This document shows positions 11,790-25,399 of a stretch of 64,000 nucleotides of DNA, piece by piece. The notes beneath the pieces were generated by a model that saw only the letters and a list, made by a program, of their open reading frames with translations, was not told the DNA's origin and ran no database searches. Source of the DNA: Octopus sinensis (lineage: Eukaryota). Every line of letters starts with the position of its first letter. Position 1 is the first letter of the stretch. The stretch is from the NCBI RefSeq assembly GCF_006345805.1, contig NC_042997.1, positions 29,822,001-29,886,000 on the forward strand, read 5' to 3'. Made by a program: the position numbers and the translations under genes.

Positions 11790-12885
11790 CTAGCAAAATG
11801 TATTCAGATCAGGACGGTCAACAACATCACTCACTGTCGCACTTAGAAGTCTGGTAGAGGGAGTTAAGAACCATAACAGAAAGGCTATCATTATCTATGT
11901 AGACTTTAAAAAAGGCTTTTGATTCTGTACATAGAGAAATGATGATGATGAAAATACTTAAACATATATTCCACTAAGAACTCTGAGAGCAATAAATAAG
12001 TTGTATCAGAACTCCAGAACGAAAGTCATCACTCCTGATGGAGAGACGGAATACTTTGAAGTCAAAGCCGGAGTATTACAAGGTGACACGCTAGCACCTC
12101 TTCGACATCGTTCTGGACTATCTAATGCATAGAACGTACGAGAGCAAGAGGAACTGGGATTCAAACTGCATAGGTAAAAAAAAGACGGCATCAAGCAGTA
12201 ACACTAACTGACCTAAACTATACTGATAACCTGGCATTACTAACAGAGAGAACAAATCAGGCTCAAGAGGTGCTGAGCAGATTAGAGCTGGAATCGGAAA
12301 AGGTAGGATTGTGCTATAGCGCAAAGTAAACAGAGCTGCAAGTATTCAACCACGAAATTCCTGTGTCAGCGAATTTCAAATACTTGGTGCATGGACACAA
12401 AGTACTGAAAAATACATCGTAGCAAAGAAAGTTCTTGCCAGGAGCGCATGCCATAAATTGAGAAATGTATAGAGTTTAAAGTTAGCAAGGAAATTAAAGG
12501 TTAGTTTGTTTCTGACAACAATGAACTCGTTTGTATACGAGACTGAAACATGAAAGCTCACTAAATCATTGAAGAAACAGTTGAACGGTTGTTATACGAG
12601 ACTGAAACGTGAAAGCTCACTAAATCATTGACGAAACAGTTGAACGGTAGTTATACGAGGATGATAAGAATGGCACTCCATGTCTCCTGGACGAGTCATA
12701 CAACAAACACCGACATATGCCAGAAACTACCAAAAGTAACATTGAAGATACAGTATAGAAAGATGAGGCTAGCTGGACACTGAACCAGACATGCTGATGA
12801 GATTGCTAACAAAGTTAGTTCTCTGGCAATCAATGGAAGGCAGAACCAGGAGAGGAAGGAGGAAGACGACCTATATTCATACTAA
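11790..12885 (+). mobile_element. RTE-like non-LTR retrotransposon reverse-transcriptase pseudogene fragment
   Basis: Frameshifted translation YVDFKKAFDSVHREMM..KLYQNSRTKVITPDGETEYFEVKAGVLQGDTLAP..DLNYTDNLALL..YLGAW..RKMRLAGH. Confidence 0.9.
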
Positions 12886-13199
12886 TGTCTTGCAAATTAA
12901 CTTTTAGTGCTAATTGTAGTTTTTAATTTAAGATGACTAAATATTGTGCATAAATTTTCTTCATCTAATTTATATCATACCCGGTTTTTGTTACGTATTA
13001 CTTCTAGACACCAAATAATTCATCCACATTCATTTTCATCGAATACGAATTATCGTTGCGTTCAGTATGATGTCTGTATCGGTGTTAGTGACGACTGTAT
13101 ATGCTTTACTAAATTTAAGTGGATTTTGGAGTAGGTTTTTGGAAACTCTTTCTCTTTCTCACCCTCTTTCTTTCGTTCTCTCTCTCTCTCTATCTCTCT

Positions 13200-13750
13200 G
13201 AGTCAACATCCACCTTTCAACACCCACTGAAGCAAATTCATCTGTGAGCTCCAAATTTTAACTCCATAATCGCCCTTATCTGTCCAGTATCAACTCTTTT
13301 CTACTTGAAATATGATAGGATCTACAGCAGACAGCTAGTTAAAAATTCAACAGCACCTAGCTAAACACACCCAGGCACTATTATTTAAACTCATACATAA
13401 TGCAAAACTTGTCTCAGCAATAAGAACTCTGCAATGATCACCATATTTCCCGACAATTCTACTGTACATCTTCCATTTTCTTACATTGCATCATCTACAA
13501 AATTGCGGTGCATTATGCATAGAGAAAATATACCACCTACTAACCGGGCATCGCATATCCCGACATTTTCCTGTTACTCTACTATGTATGCCAGGTCAAC
13601 CCATTATCACCCACTTCATGCAATGGGTCATTCCATTACCTATTTAAAAGTGTACTGCAATTCTGCAAATCGTGGATCCCCTCAGTCAAAGCTACGACGG
13701 AAGAAACAACATTCCATGTTCAGCCTCGGAACCGTAGCACCAATAAATTA
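13200..13750 (+). mobile_element. Possible PLE GIY-YIG remnant
   Basis: FICELQNFNSIIALICPV..QLVKKFQQHLA-like degenerate reading, similar to the FTC.S.NLIY.I.C..C...YIGET..RF..HL motif. Confidence 0.4.
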
Positions 13751-15361
13751 AAATCAATGTTAGCCTTAAAATGAGTGAAATAACAAAAAAGCACCCAATA
13801 ATATATAGTTGTGGCTGTTGTTGTTGCAGTTGACGTTGTTTTTGTTTATTGTTTCGTCAGTTCCGATTAAACAGACCTTTGGTCGAGTTACAGACATGAC
13901 GTTCCATTTTATCCAGTCTGGCCACTTCTAGTTGTGATGAAATCAGTTTCAGATAGATTTTTATTTTCATATTAGTGCCATGCCCAGCGATCTCGAATAG
14001 GCAACTTCATGGACACACCTTAAAGAGTAGATTATCAAGTTAACTAAGAAACTGTTACACTTATATCTTAGTCAATACATTAACTAGGGCATTATCTCGT
14101 AGATCAATGGTTCATCAATGTAGGGATTTTAGGTCCAAAATTCTGTGGTGGGGGGCCCACTGCATTTTCATCGTTTCTTAATGAATATATGCTGTCCCGT
14201 TCGGGTATACAAGGCCTCGTGACGTATGTACAAGAATATCGAACCTAAAAACCATAAATAACAACGGTTTTAAGATCGTAGTTCCGCTTACTTTTGGTTT
14301 TACAAGACAACAACATAGTGAATATTTCCTTTAAAAATAAATAAACCAAGGTGAATTTGTGGGTTAGAGATTAAATCAAGTATCATTGAATCTATATATA
14401 CATTATCTCGAGCGGCACGAGTAAGCATCTCGGATCTGAGAATAACAAATTCAAGATTAAACCTGACTTGGGCAATAGAATGAAACAATTATACTACTAG
14501 ACATTGAAAAGTTGGTAAGCTCAGTTTGAAACACCCAAAATGTTACCGATTACGACGGAGAACCTGGAGACGGTAGCTCTGTACAAAGCAAGAAACAACG
14601 TGACTTAGATGACCACTATAGCAATCGAGTTTCAGTATATCGGATTTTAATGGTTAAAACATTCTTCTTTTGAAACAGATAAATCTACTTAAAGTGCATA
14701 AATTGGTGATTGATTCCAGAATTCATCTGTTAGTTACAAGAAACAGGAATATATATTATTTATCTATTAGTGGCAAGAAACAGGAATATATACATAGTAA
14801 CGAAATAACAAAAAGACTAGAATATTGGTCTGTTTTGTCAGTGATATTACTATACAAACAGTGAAATTTTCAAGTTTCCGATAACTACTTCAAGTAAAGT
14901 ATATTTTAATTAATTATTTAAAGACGCAAAAAGATCCCAACGTAGATATTTGAAACTAATTTGGTATATGTCTAAGATAAATTGAGGTAGGTTTAAGACA
15001 AAGGAAATTACATTGTATCTAAACATTCAAACACAACTATGTAAACACATATGTGTATACATATTGCTTTATCTAATACATTAGATAAAACATATATTAA
15101 TCAATATTTAGTGGTGCTGCAAGTATATTTTTAGATTTTGTTAATGACAAAACAAAAGCCGCTAGATAAAAACAAACATGGTATGAAGAATAAAACTAAT
15201 ATAAATGTGATTAAGAATATACAACGGAAGAAATGGTTTAAATTTTTCGCAATACTACAATTTAGAATTTCCCTTATATTAACAGATGGAAGCAGGAACA
15301 TATTTGATGTTATAACCTGTAATGACTGATGGAGATATATGATAATATAGATGCAGAAATA

Positions 15362-15465
15362 AGGCCAAACTGGCAGAATCGTTAACACCGGGTAACATCC
15401 TTAACGTCATTTCGTTCAACTTTACATTTCATCCTTTCGGCGCCGATGAAATAAGTAGCATTTAT
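15362..15465 (+). mobile_element. SINE family A, internally deleted fragment
   Basis: ctggcagaatcgttaacacc head joined to the tttcatcctttcgg..gatgaaataagta core. Confidence 0.6.
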
Positions 15466-17989
15466 GCTTCTTTTGGTAGAACATCATACCTCCAAGCTTC
15501 TTTCCTAAGCTGTGTGAAGCAAAGATCAATGCGGATCCTTTTGGGAAAAATCGAGAATTGCACGAATTCACTAATATACACAGTGTTGTAACGATTCTTA
15601 ATATCTGTGCTTTGGCAAGACAGTGTGGCGAATGGTACAGTAGAATAGATTTCAGGATGTTAATTTACATAGATACCTTTGATTCTTAACTTCATCGTTG
15701 CAAGTATGGCATGGGTGTGCACACAGTGTTGAAATGCTAGTGTTTCCCACACTATATACTTGACTTTAAACACCACTACCATGGGGAATATATGACATAA
15801 TAAAATATAAAGAGTAAGCTATGATTGGAGCTAATACGTGAAAGTGGTTTACATTTCAATAGCAAAATCTTGAAAGACTACGCATTGCTAAACATTTACT
15901 CCCACGTTCGTCTATCCTAACTATACATACATGTTACATTTTATTACTATCTTGTCCTTACTAGTCCTTGTGGATTTTCCCATTTTCTCTAGGGAATATC
16001 TATATCTAAATCACAAACAATATATTTTATAAAATCTTTCAACACGAGCAAATAACAGCTACTTCCTAAGAACAAATTGTTATATAGTGTAATGATTACA
16101 GATATCTAAAGGCCTTATATTGCTGAAGTTTATATGAATGTTGTGCGTGTATGCATGTATAAATAGGTGTGAGTGTGCGTGCGTCATGCATGTGTGTGTG
16201 TGTGCACGCGTATGTGTGTGTATGTACGTATGTATTATGTGTGAGTAGACGTGTGTGCATGTACATATGTGTGAATGCGCACATATACATACATACATAC
16301 ATGATTACAGGTTTAAATATTTAATAAAAGTTGGGTTTGATTACCGGATCTCTGTAAATATATTTTATTAATATTTAAATAAAGTCGCAGTGAGTTAAAA
16401 ATTCAAAGAGCAGCAAACTTCCAATTTAACGTCAAAGACACAAAATAGAATAATCTAACGCATTTAACCAGATGATCTAATAGCTTAGCTACTTTCCATT
16501 GAATTATTTACCATAAGTATTTGTCTTGTCACAGGCATTATTGATTGACTGTTAAGTTAGATTTATTTACAAGTTCGTTGAAATCCACATCTGTGATAAT
16601 ATCCTCAATATTTTATAAGCAGGAACTAAATTTTATTACCTTAAATATTTTCTAATTAACATCAACATTCGCGCCTACCTACGCACAAATCCATATATAA
16701 AACAGAACACACACACATTCAAACGGAAACACATATACACTCCTATAAAAGCTCGCATAATTTATATAATCTCGCTTGTCGACATAGACTACTATCAACC
16801 GTAATTGCAACCATCAGCAATAAATTTATTTATAGTATAAATGTAATGTACAACTTATCACATTAATCATCCGGAATTCCGAAATATATGTATCAATTAT
16901 CATAGATCATTTTGCACACTCTATCTTGCACGTGGTCTACTTAGGCAGCCAATTTTTGATGTAGTGTATTAAACCTACGCATCTAACTTACAATTTATCA
17001 ACATTCCCTCGCTGGCACAGGACTTTAGTTAATTAACATGACACTAGCAAATGTATTGATATGCAAATGAGTAAAATCAGTCAATGTTACACATTAGTTT
17101 CTTTAACGGTAGACGTCTGTTGCATTAATTCTTATTGGTCGGGACGAAGCGGTAATTTTTGACTAGTCAATAAACACTGGACAATAGAAATATATTCGAG
17201 CTTTTCTTTGGATTGCTCCCCAGAGACACCATTTTTGTGCTCGTGAATTTTATATAGCACCGGGTCTAAATATCTGGGTTTTTTTTATACAAGCCTGTAA
17301 ATGTCATATATACATGTATACAAGGTATAGTAAAATAGGTTTTATTGAAGTTGTAGTACTAAAACTGCTACGCAGAGTTTTATGTGATTGATCGCCAGTC
17401 AGTGATGAGTATTTTGAATACTACTTTTTTATAAATATATACGAACGCTAAATATCATTATTTAGCAAATTAACAAATAATATGTTACGTTGAATGACAA
17501 ACATTATTACATAAAAATAGATACACAAACACGTACATATATGTATGTATATGGTTATATATGCATATATATATACGTACGTATATATATATATATACAT
17601 TTAAGATATGTATGGTTAGCAGGTGGATTCGCTCGTTTGTTTTCAATGCTTCTGAATTGACAGCAAAAATACTTTAGTCATTAGTGCTTTATGCATTTTT
17701 GCCGCTCAGATCTTCATCTACAAATTTTGTCTAACCTTTCTCAAGCAGGAATTAAATTTCAACTTCCTTCAATATAAGAAGATGGAGAGTAGAAAACAAT
17801 GAACAATGAAAACATTTGTGCTGTATAGGGAGAAGTTATATTACTACAAGATCTACAGAGATATGACTTTAACTCTTCAGGGAAAGGGAATTAGACAGCC
17901 CTGTCTCTTTGGGGTCAATTAATTTCAATAAAGATCCACAACGGGGAACCACAACACTCCCGTAGGGAGTTGGTGCAGCAAACGGGACG

Positions 17990-18420
17990 CTGTCATGATA
18001 ACGTTCCTTGCCACACTCACTGAAAGGGTAATGTCCGAAATGTGGTACATGGTATCACAGCCTCAAAAGGAAACAGAAAAGAATCCAGCGCTCCTATAAC
18101 ACCACCTGTTTGTTCATTCAATATGAGTCTACTCGTAGACGTATATCATTACTGCATCGTAAAATGGGGTTTTCCATCAATATGAAGACGGACGAATGAC
18201 TGAGTCCCAACAAGAAAGCAAAAGCCAAGACAGGGATGCATTTACGCTAGAAAATGTGTCTGGTAGTATTGCAAAGAGTTCATCCACTATGAAATGCTTG
18301 AAAACAATCACACGGCCATGGAGATCTTTACGTTCAGCAAATAAACCGGTTGAACGTAGCTGAAGCTGAAACGACCCAGCCAACACGATGGCGTGCTCCT
18401 CCAACATGATAACACTCATT
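17990..18420 (+). mobile_element. Degenerate mariner transposase fragment
   Basis: ..RKCVW*YCKEFIHYEMLENNHT..LKRPSQHDGVLLQHDNT aligns to MLCVWWDWEEIMIYKLLERNQT..KRPNRQHGVLLRHD of the mariner at 55246. Confidence 0.75.
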
Positions 18421-20040
18421 GTAACATATACTTAATTTAACCAAAACTGTTATTCAAAACTGTATGGTTAGGAATTCTATTGCAAACACCGTATCTCCCT
18501 GAACAGAAATGTCTGATTATGAAACATATTTAGATCTTGATAATAAATAAATGTACATATATTGGTATCTTGAGCAGAAATTTGCTGATGAGTAATAGCA
18601 ATTATATATTTATATATATTTATATTTATAGGAGATCGAAAGTTTTGGGCAGGTTTTTTTGCGATATTTCGTTAATTCTTACTTACATTTTTATTTAAGA
18701 ACTCAATAAGATACATCTAGCATTCGATTGATTTCATGGCATGTAATACACTTTTCGGTGATCGCTATAAAAATCACATGAAGTTAATTTTCTTCTTGTG
18801 AAACTGATTTATATGCGAAATATTTAATTATACATACATATACCCTTGCGTATGAAAGTGTGCATGCGTGTGAATGAGTGGCTGATGTATGTGAGTTAGT
18901 CTGTGTGCGTGTAATGAAAGTTTTGACTTTATAGCGAGCGCTTGAATGTCAATTTATAATTTTTTTAATAGAGAGAATAGTAAAATCGCCAGGTGGAAAC
19001 CCATCGTCGTCCTTTATCGACTACGATTTACATAGGGATTCCCTCTTCCTGCGCGAGTATCTCTTTCAATGTTGACTGCCATATTCATAGCAGCAGTTGT
19101 GGACCTACTGCGTTCTGTGAAGCTCACATGAGACAATTTTCAATCTACCATGAGACTATTTTCAGATGATTATATTTTAAACGTGCAATTCTTGCTGTTG
19201 CAGAAATTCCCTGGGACAGATTTTATCGAGTTGAACCTTGTTCAACTTTGTATCCATCTAACACTGATACTTCGAAATATTTGAATATAATAACCGTCGA
19301 GAAACTTGACTATACGCTTAGTATGGGTACATTTTACGAACCCCGAAATGTATATATATGAAAATGCATTTGTGACTAACTTATGATAAATCATATCATT
19401 CATATATATATATATATAGTTGTTGGATTTGGTTTGCCAGATGCTTTATATGAGTTAGTGAGTTAAAGCATATTCTGTTGTGTCTGGGGAGTCTTTCTCC
19501 TTTAATACCGGTAAAATTTCCACTCATTTAATTATTTATTTTTCTAAAATTTTCGTTGCGTCTTGCAACATTTTTTCCCCAACTATTGAAAAGGTTTCAA
19601 GACACAACGAAATTTAACACACTCAGCTAAAAGAGAATGAATCTCACCAGACTCAACAGTATATATGTATATATACATATATAGATACATAGAAAAATAG
19701 ATAGAAAGATAGATAGATAGATACATACATACATACATACATACATACATACATACATAAATACATACATATATATACATAGCGTGTGAGAGAGAGCAAG
19801 AGAGAGGCAGATATACATAAAAACATCCATACATACATAGATGGACAAATAGGTAGATAGATTGACAGATATAGATACAGATACGTACATATGTGCGTGT
19901 GTGTGTGTATACATACATATATAGGTATTTAAAATATTTAAAGGATGCTAACATCCATTAAAAGATTAAGTGTCCTTAACACAAACTGAATTTCAAAAAC
20001 ATACATACATACAAACACACATATATATATACATACATAT

Positions 20041-20104
<64 letters not shown>

Positions 20105-20121
20105 GTGAATATAAATATATA

Positions 20122-21748
20122 TACTAGCTGAAGGTGACCCGCTCTACGCGCGGGTAAGAGTGTGGTTGTTACTTTCTGTTGCTTCCTTTCAGCACGTAAA
20201 AAGCACCGTCCGAACGTGGCGGAATGCAGCGCCGCCTTGACTGGCTTCTGTGCTGGTGGCACGTAAAAAGCACCAACCGATCGTGGCCGCTGCCAGCCCC
20301 CTTGGCACCTGTGCCGGTGGCACGAAAAGGCACCCACTACGCTCACAGAGTGGTTGGCGTTAGGAAGGGTATCCACCTGTAGAAACACTGCCAGATCAGA
20401 CTGGAGCCTGGTGCAGCCTCCTGGCTTCCCAGACCCCTGTCAAACTGTCCAACCCGTGCTAGCACAGAAAACGGACGTTAAACGATGATGATGATGATGA
20501 TGATGATTCTCCCTCTTTGTTTCTCTCTCCTTTCTCTCTCACTTTCCCACTCTCTTACTCTTCCTTTCTCTCGGACTCTCCCTCACTTTCTCTTACTCTC
20601 TATCTTTATCTATCTCTCTCCCATTTATAAACAACAAAAGATCTTGAGTAAGTTGAGAAATAAAATATTTAGAAAGATCAATCATAAATATCAGGCAGTA
20701 ACAACGGAAAGGTCTGCTTCAAGGCAGACAGCAAAACACTATCTCTGTCACATTCATACGCTACACATGCCTTTCTCGCTTGTTTTCAATGCTCAGTGTG
20801 CCCTTGTAAACACAACTCATCTCTGTAAGACCCTAGGTCGGTCACATAGAGAATGTTGTTTGTCCCTTACAACGCGCCAGCATGCCACACTTTTATTCCT
20901 GCAGGACCGAGGCATATAATAGCTCAAGCACTGGCTGGCAGCCTCAGCCTTACCGCATTAATCACTGGGATATTCAATACTGTACACTGTATTCCAGCCT
21001 AGCAAGTCCTATTGCACTCATGCACCTCTGTTCTGCACGTGTACTCACTTGTTTTGCAACACGTCTGCGTCAGCTCAATTCTTCTCCCGACTCAAAGCAC
21101 TTCGGATGTTCACATGCGCTGCGCTCATGTTTAGGCATAATTTCCCCCTGTTAGACCCCTGTTGGTCACGTAATTAACAGAGAAAATTATGTCTCGCACC
21201 CAAATTGCACCCAAAAACTGTAAAGAAGCAACCAGTTCCCTCTACGTAACTATCAAAAAGCATTAAAAAGTTTAATATACATAAATACAGATATATACAC
21301 TTTGTATATGTACATTATATATACATATTTATATATAGAACACACACACATAGACGCTCGTTGGTGTGTTCTCTGTGTATTTGGTCGATGACAGGTAGAC
21401 AATAGAATGCGGTGGCGATGGCGATGGAATATTTGTTTCTCTGTATAGAGATACATGAGTAAAAATCATGGGAAGCTAAGAGATAGAGTGAGTGAAAATG
21501 TTCTTGCATTAAATAACGGGAGTGGACTTTTTGAAGGGAAGTGAGAGGGTAATATAGGAAATAGCGTGAGTGAGGAAGATGGCCCCTAGCAACCACACCT
21601 TTTAAGATATGGATGTCTAAGGTAGCCCACTGGCATCGTCACCTCATTCTACATGTCCCTGTAAATTTTGGAACGAATCGGACGGGTCGTAGTGGCATTG
21701 AAAGCGATCCAAGCGGTAAAATCGCATTTCAGTTTTATATATAGAGAT
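20122..21748 (+). mobile_element. Putative non-autonomous Helitron-like element
   Basis: The 5' end TACTAGCTG has a subterminal hairpin acccgc/gcgggt (20137-20155). The 3' end ..aaattttggaacgaatcggacgg..ttttatatatagagat resembles Lep1/HINE-type termini (from memory). Confidence 0.45.
20170..20505 (+). mobile_element. Retroposon (SINE/LINE) 3' segment ending in (GAT)n
   Basis: Internal gcacgtaaaaagcacc repeats, a ggcgttaggaagggtatcca.ctgtagaaac motif and a (GAT)n tail. Confidence 0.6.
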
Positions 21749-21832
21749 TTACATATATTATATATTGAAAAATTTGATTTAGTAATGCTTAATTGAACTT
21801 TTCTCTATTAATTTGGAATTTATATTCCCTAT

Positions 21833-21933
<101 letters not shown>

Positions 21934-22064
21934 AAGTAAATAATTAAGAGACAAAACCTCTATTAAGTAATTCAATTAATAGTGAAAGATTTTATCTATA
22001 ATATATCATATAGAAATATTTCCGATATATTATTCTAAAACTCACTAAATTAAATAAACATTAA

Positions 22065-22177
22065 ATTAACTATACGCGTTTCGTGACTCTATATTTAAAT
22101 CGATAATATTAAAATCGATAATATGAAAAGTTAATATTAATTCGATTTCAAAATGTATAGCCACTCGTCAGGACAAT
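22065..22177 (-). ncRNA. Type I hammerhead-like fold (decayed), left arm
   Basis: AUUGUC-CUGACGA-GUGGCU..AGUCAC-GAAAC-GCGU-AUA/GUUAAU. Confidence 0.55.
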
Positions 22178-22509
22178 AATAATAATAATATAAATATATG
22201 AAAATATAATAATTAAACAATAAATATAGAAATATATGTATCTTAACAATAAATAATCTATAAATAATCTAATAAAATTTAACAATATTAATGAAAAGTA
22301 AAATTTTCATTGATGAATACCAGTTAACTGAAATTTTAAACGTGAAATTAAGAAAGTAGAAAGAACCTAAAATAAAAAATATAAAAATTAAACCATATGT
22401 ATCGTAACAATAAATAATCAAATAAAATGTAACATATTAATAAAAAGTAAAATCAAAACTTATCGTATTGATGAATACCAGTTTTAATTTATTTAATATT
22501 AATATTATT

Positions 22510-22635
22510 ATTGACCTGAAGAGTGGGTATATTTTTTTAAATCGAATTAATTTTCAATCGAATTAAATTAAACTTTTAATATTATCGATTTTAGTATTAT
22601 CGATTAAATATTATCACGAAACGGGCGTAATCAAT
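22510..22635 (+). ncRNA. Type I hammerhead-like fold (decayed), right arm
   Basis: AUUGAC-CUGAAGA-GUGG..UCAC-GAAAC-GGGC-GUA/AUCAAU. Confidence 0.6.
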
Positions 22636-22774
22636 TTAATGTTCATTTCATTTAGTGATTTTTAGAATAATATTTACTATAATATAATTCAAATCTTTCT
22701 ATATGATTTATCATATTTAATATCTTTCACTATTAATTGAATTACTTAATAGAGGTTTTGTCTCTTAATTATTT

Positions 22775-22813
<39 letters not shown>

Positions 22814-23930
22814 CCAGTGTGTGAGCGTGTGCGCGCGTGTGTATGTATGTGTGTGTGCGTTTGTGTGTGCGTGATAGAGTGTGAGTATGTTTGTTTATAC
22901 GAGAGAGTGCTGAAATATATATATGGATAGATATCCATACATACATGTATGCATACAACGCATACACACAAACACATAGACACGCGTGTTCCCACATACA
23001 CGTATACCTACACAATCAACTCAGCACCATTGTATATATGATATGAAAGTATTTCGCACACGCCTTAAAAATATGGATATATACATGTATATCTGCGTGT
23101 ACATATGTGTACATATACAGCAGATTTTTGTCTACCTATATAGTTTTTCATAGACGCAATTCTTTCGCTTAATTTTCATCCCTTTTCTAATATGTGATTA
23201 ACAGTAAATCTATGTAGAGACGCACTTCCTGATTTACATTTGCTTTGATAATCCTCTTATATATTATTAAAGTTTACACTATTTAATTCAAGATCTTATG
23301 TGAAAGAATGCTGGAGACATGATCCGTTGGTGTTACAGATGCACAAATATACTTCTAGTTTTATTGCAATCGGATTATTAATTATATGTTCAAAAGGACC
23401 TGGTGTAACTTTCGAAGTATCACTTAAAAGTAATTTGTTATAATTAAATAATATCGTTGTAATTGATATGATAAACTAAATGGAGATCATTATACACTGT
23501 CTCTGACTAAAATATATTCACGACTAGAGAAATATCAATGCAGTATCAAAACAATGCAATAATTGAGACCTAAAACAGTAAATAAGTAAAATATTAGAAC
23601 AATATTTGTGAGAATATGTGTGTATGCATGTGTCTTGCTGCCACCAATTTTCGGATTGGAAGGGTTTAATTAATTTTTAAGGTTGCTGAATAGCAGTTTA
23701 GGATTCAGTGCTACGGTAGAAATATAATTATTAAATGTATTAGGAGGAAGGATAATAAATAGGAAGAAAATATATAAGAGCGCGTGGAAGAAACATAGTA
23801 TATGAAAAAGTCGTTAGAAACAGATAGAAAAGATTCACTGTTAGAGTAAAGGAGATCAGATGAGAATGTACAAAACAGAGGAAGAATGACTACATAAATA
23901 TACACAGACATATTGGTATGTGGATATCGT

Positions 23931-24270
23931 GACGCTCTGTCGGTTGCGACGACGAGGGTTCCAGCTGTTACGATCAACGGAGAAGCCTGCTCCTGAAATT
24001 TACGTGCAAGTGGCTGAGCACTCCAGTGCCAAGTGTACCTTTAATGTAGTTATGAGGGAGATTCCGTGTGGCAAGGTTGGCCCTTTGAAATACAGGTACA
24101 ACAAAAACAGGAAGAAAGAGTGAGAGAAAGTTGTGGTGAAAGTGTGAAGCAAGGTTCGTGGAGATTTAGGGTTTTTCGCTCAATAAGCACTCACAACGTC
24201 TTGTCTAGGAATTGAAACCGCGATCCTACGGCCGCGAGACCACTGTCCTGACCACTGGGCCATTGCACCT
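23931..24270 (-). mobile_element. SINE family C (tRNA-like head aggtgcaatggcccagtggtcagg)
   Basis: Homologous over its full length to 38900-39266; A-box- and B-box-like motifs in the head. Confidence 0.85.
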
Positions 24271-24339
24271 TGAGTAAGTGAATATAGAAATAAACTATAT
24301 AAACGTAAATCTGTACGCAGGGAGTGTAAGTACGAGAGG

Positions 24340-24340
24340 T

Positions 24341-24425
<85 letters not shown>

Positions 24426-24685
24426 TGATAGATAGATAGATAGATAGATAAAACATACATACATACATACATACATACATACATACATACATACATACAT
24501 ACATACATAGAGAGTGAGGTAGCCAGGCAAGTAGGTAGAGAGGTAGGTAGGTATGTATGTATTTAGGTAGGTATGTATGTATGTATGTAGGTAGGTAGGT
24601 AGGTAGGTAGGTAGGTAGGTAGGTAGGTAGGTAGGTAGGTAGGTAGGTAGGTAGGTAGGTAGTTGGGTAGGTAAGTAGGTAGGTA
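24340..24685. repeat. (GATA)n-(CATA)n-(GGTA)n tetranucleotide array
   Basis: Direct reading. Confidence 0.95.
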
Positions 24686-25399
24686 AGAATTTTCTCGATC
24701 TTGGAGGTATTCCTAGGGACGTTATTGTGTTAGTGCATATTTGGAACCCCATTTTGAAAGCAGTTCTTCATGGCAAAACTCTTGAGTTATTCCCAACTGG
24801 TTGACAGGTACCACCTGGATGCCCTGAATGCACCAATGTGGAAATGAAGAAACAGCACTGGATCATCCATATCGTATCTGGACAGAGTTAGGTGGAGATA
24901 AGTAGACAGAGGTAACATAGGTTTCCCACAATTCAGAAGTAGTCGTTTATACTGACCAACAATTTATGATTTGTACGGCAGATCTAAGTAAGTTCAATAG
25001 ATGAGGCCCTCGTTAATGGAAACTAAATGTGTCTTTCCCAGCGCGCCAAAGTTAAAGAAACTGAATTGGAGAGCTAGTTTACAGGGATGTGATGTGGGTA
25101 ATCGTTAGATACCGATGGTGTTTATCCCTGAAAAAGATTGTTCGATTAGAATCGATAGGATTTAATAAGAAATATTGATAGCCAATTCTATAGCAGAGGT
25201 TGCTGGAAACTATAGGTATCAGTGGGCAATCATTAGCAACCGATGTGCGCAGTCATCAGAAACCGATGGTGGTTAGCCCTGAAAAGGGCTATTGGATTAT
25301 AATCGATAACATTTAGTGAAATATAGGGTTAGAGAATTCTAGAGAAGAGATTAAACTAGGTTGTAACCAAAAAGAGGCACTTAGAAGAGGCATTCTGAT

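Larger units (their letters stand above)
21936..22776. mobile_element. Fold-back element with about 250-280 bp inverted arms, each carrying a decayed hammerhead
   Basis: gtaaataattaagagacaaaacctctattaagtaattcaattaatagtgaaagat.. at the left end and its reverse complement at the right end; flanked by (TA)n and (CA)n. Confidence 0.85.

Noticed and set aside
12794-12833. CUGAUGA followed by a GAUUGC/GCAAUC stem
   Set aside because: No GAAA follows; the sequence is RTE coding (HADEIANK).
13270-13320. Minus-strand FQV..YWTDKG resembling the lysozyme FQIK..YW.DCG motif
   Set aside because: The two parts are out of frame and wrongly spaced, there is no Cys, and the opposite strand is better explained as a PLE endonuclease remnant.
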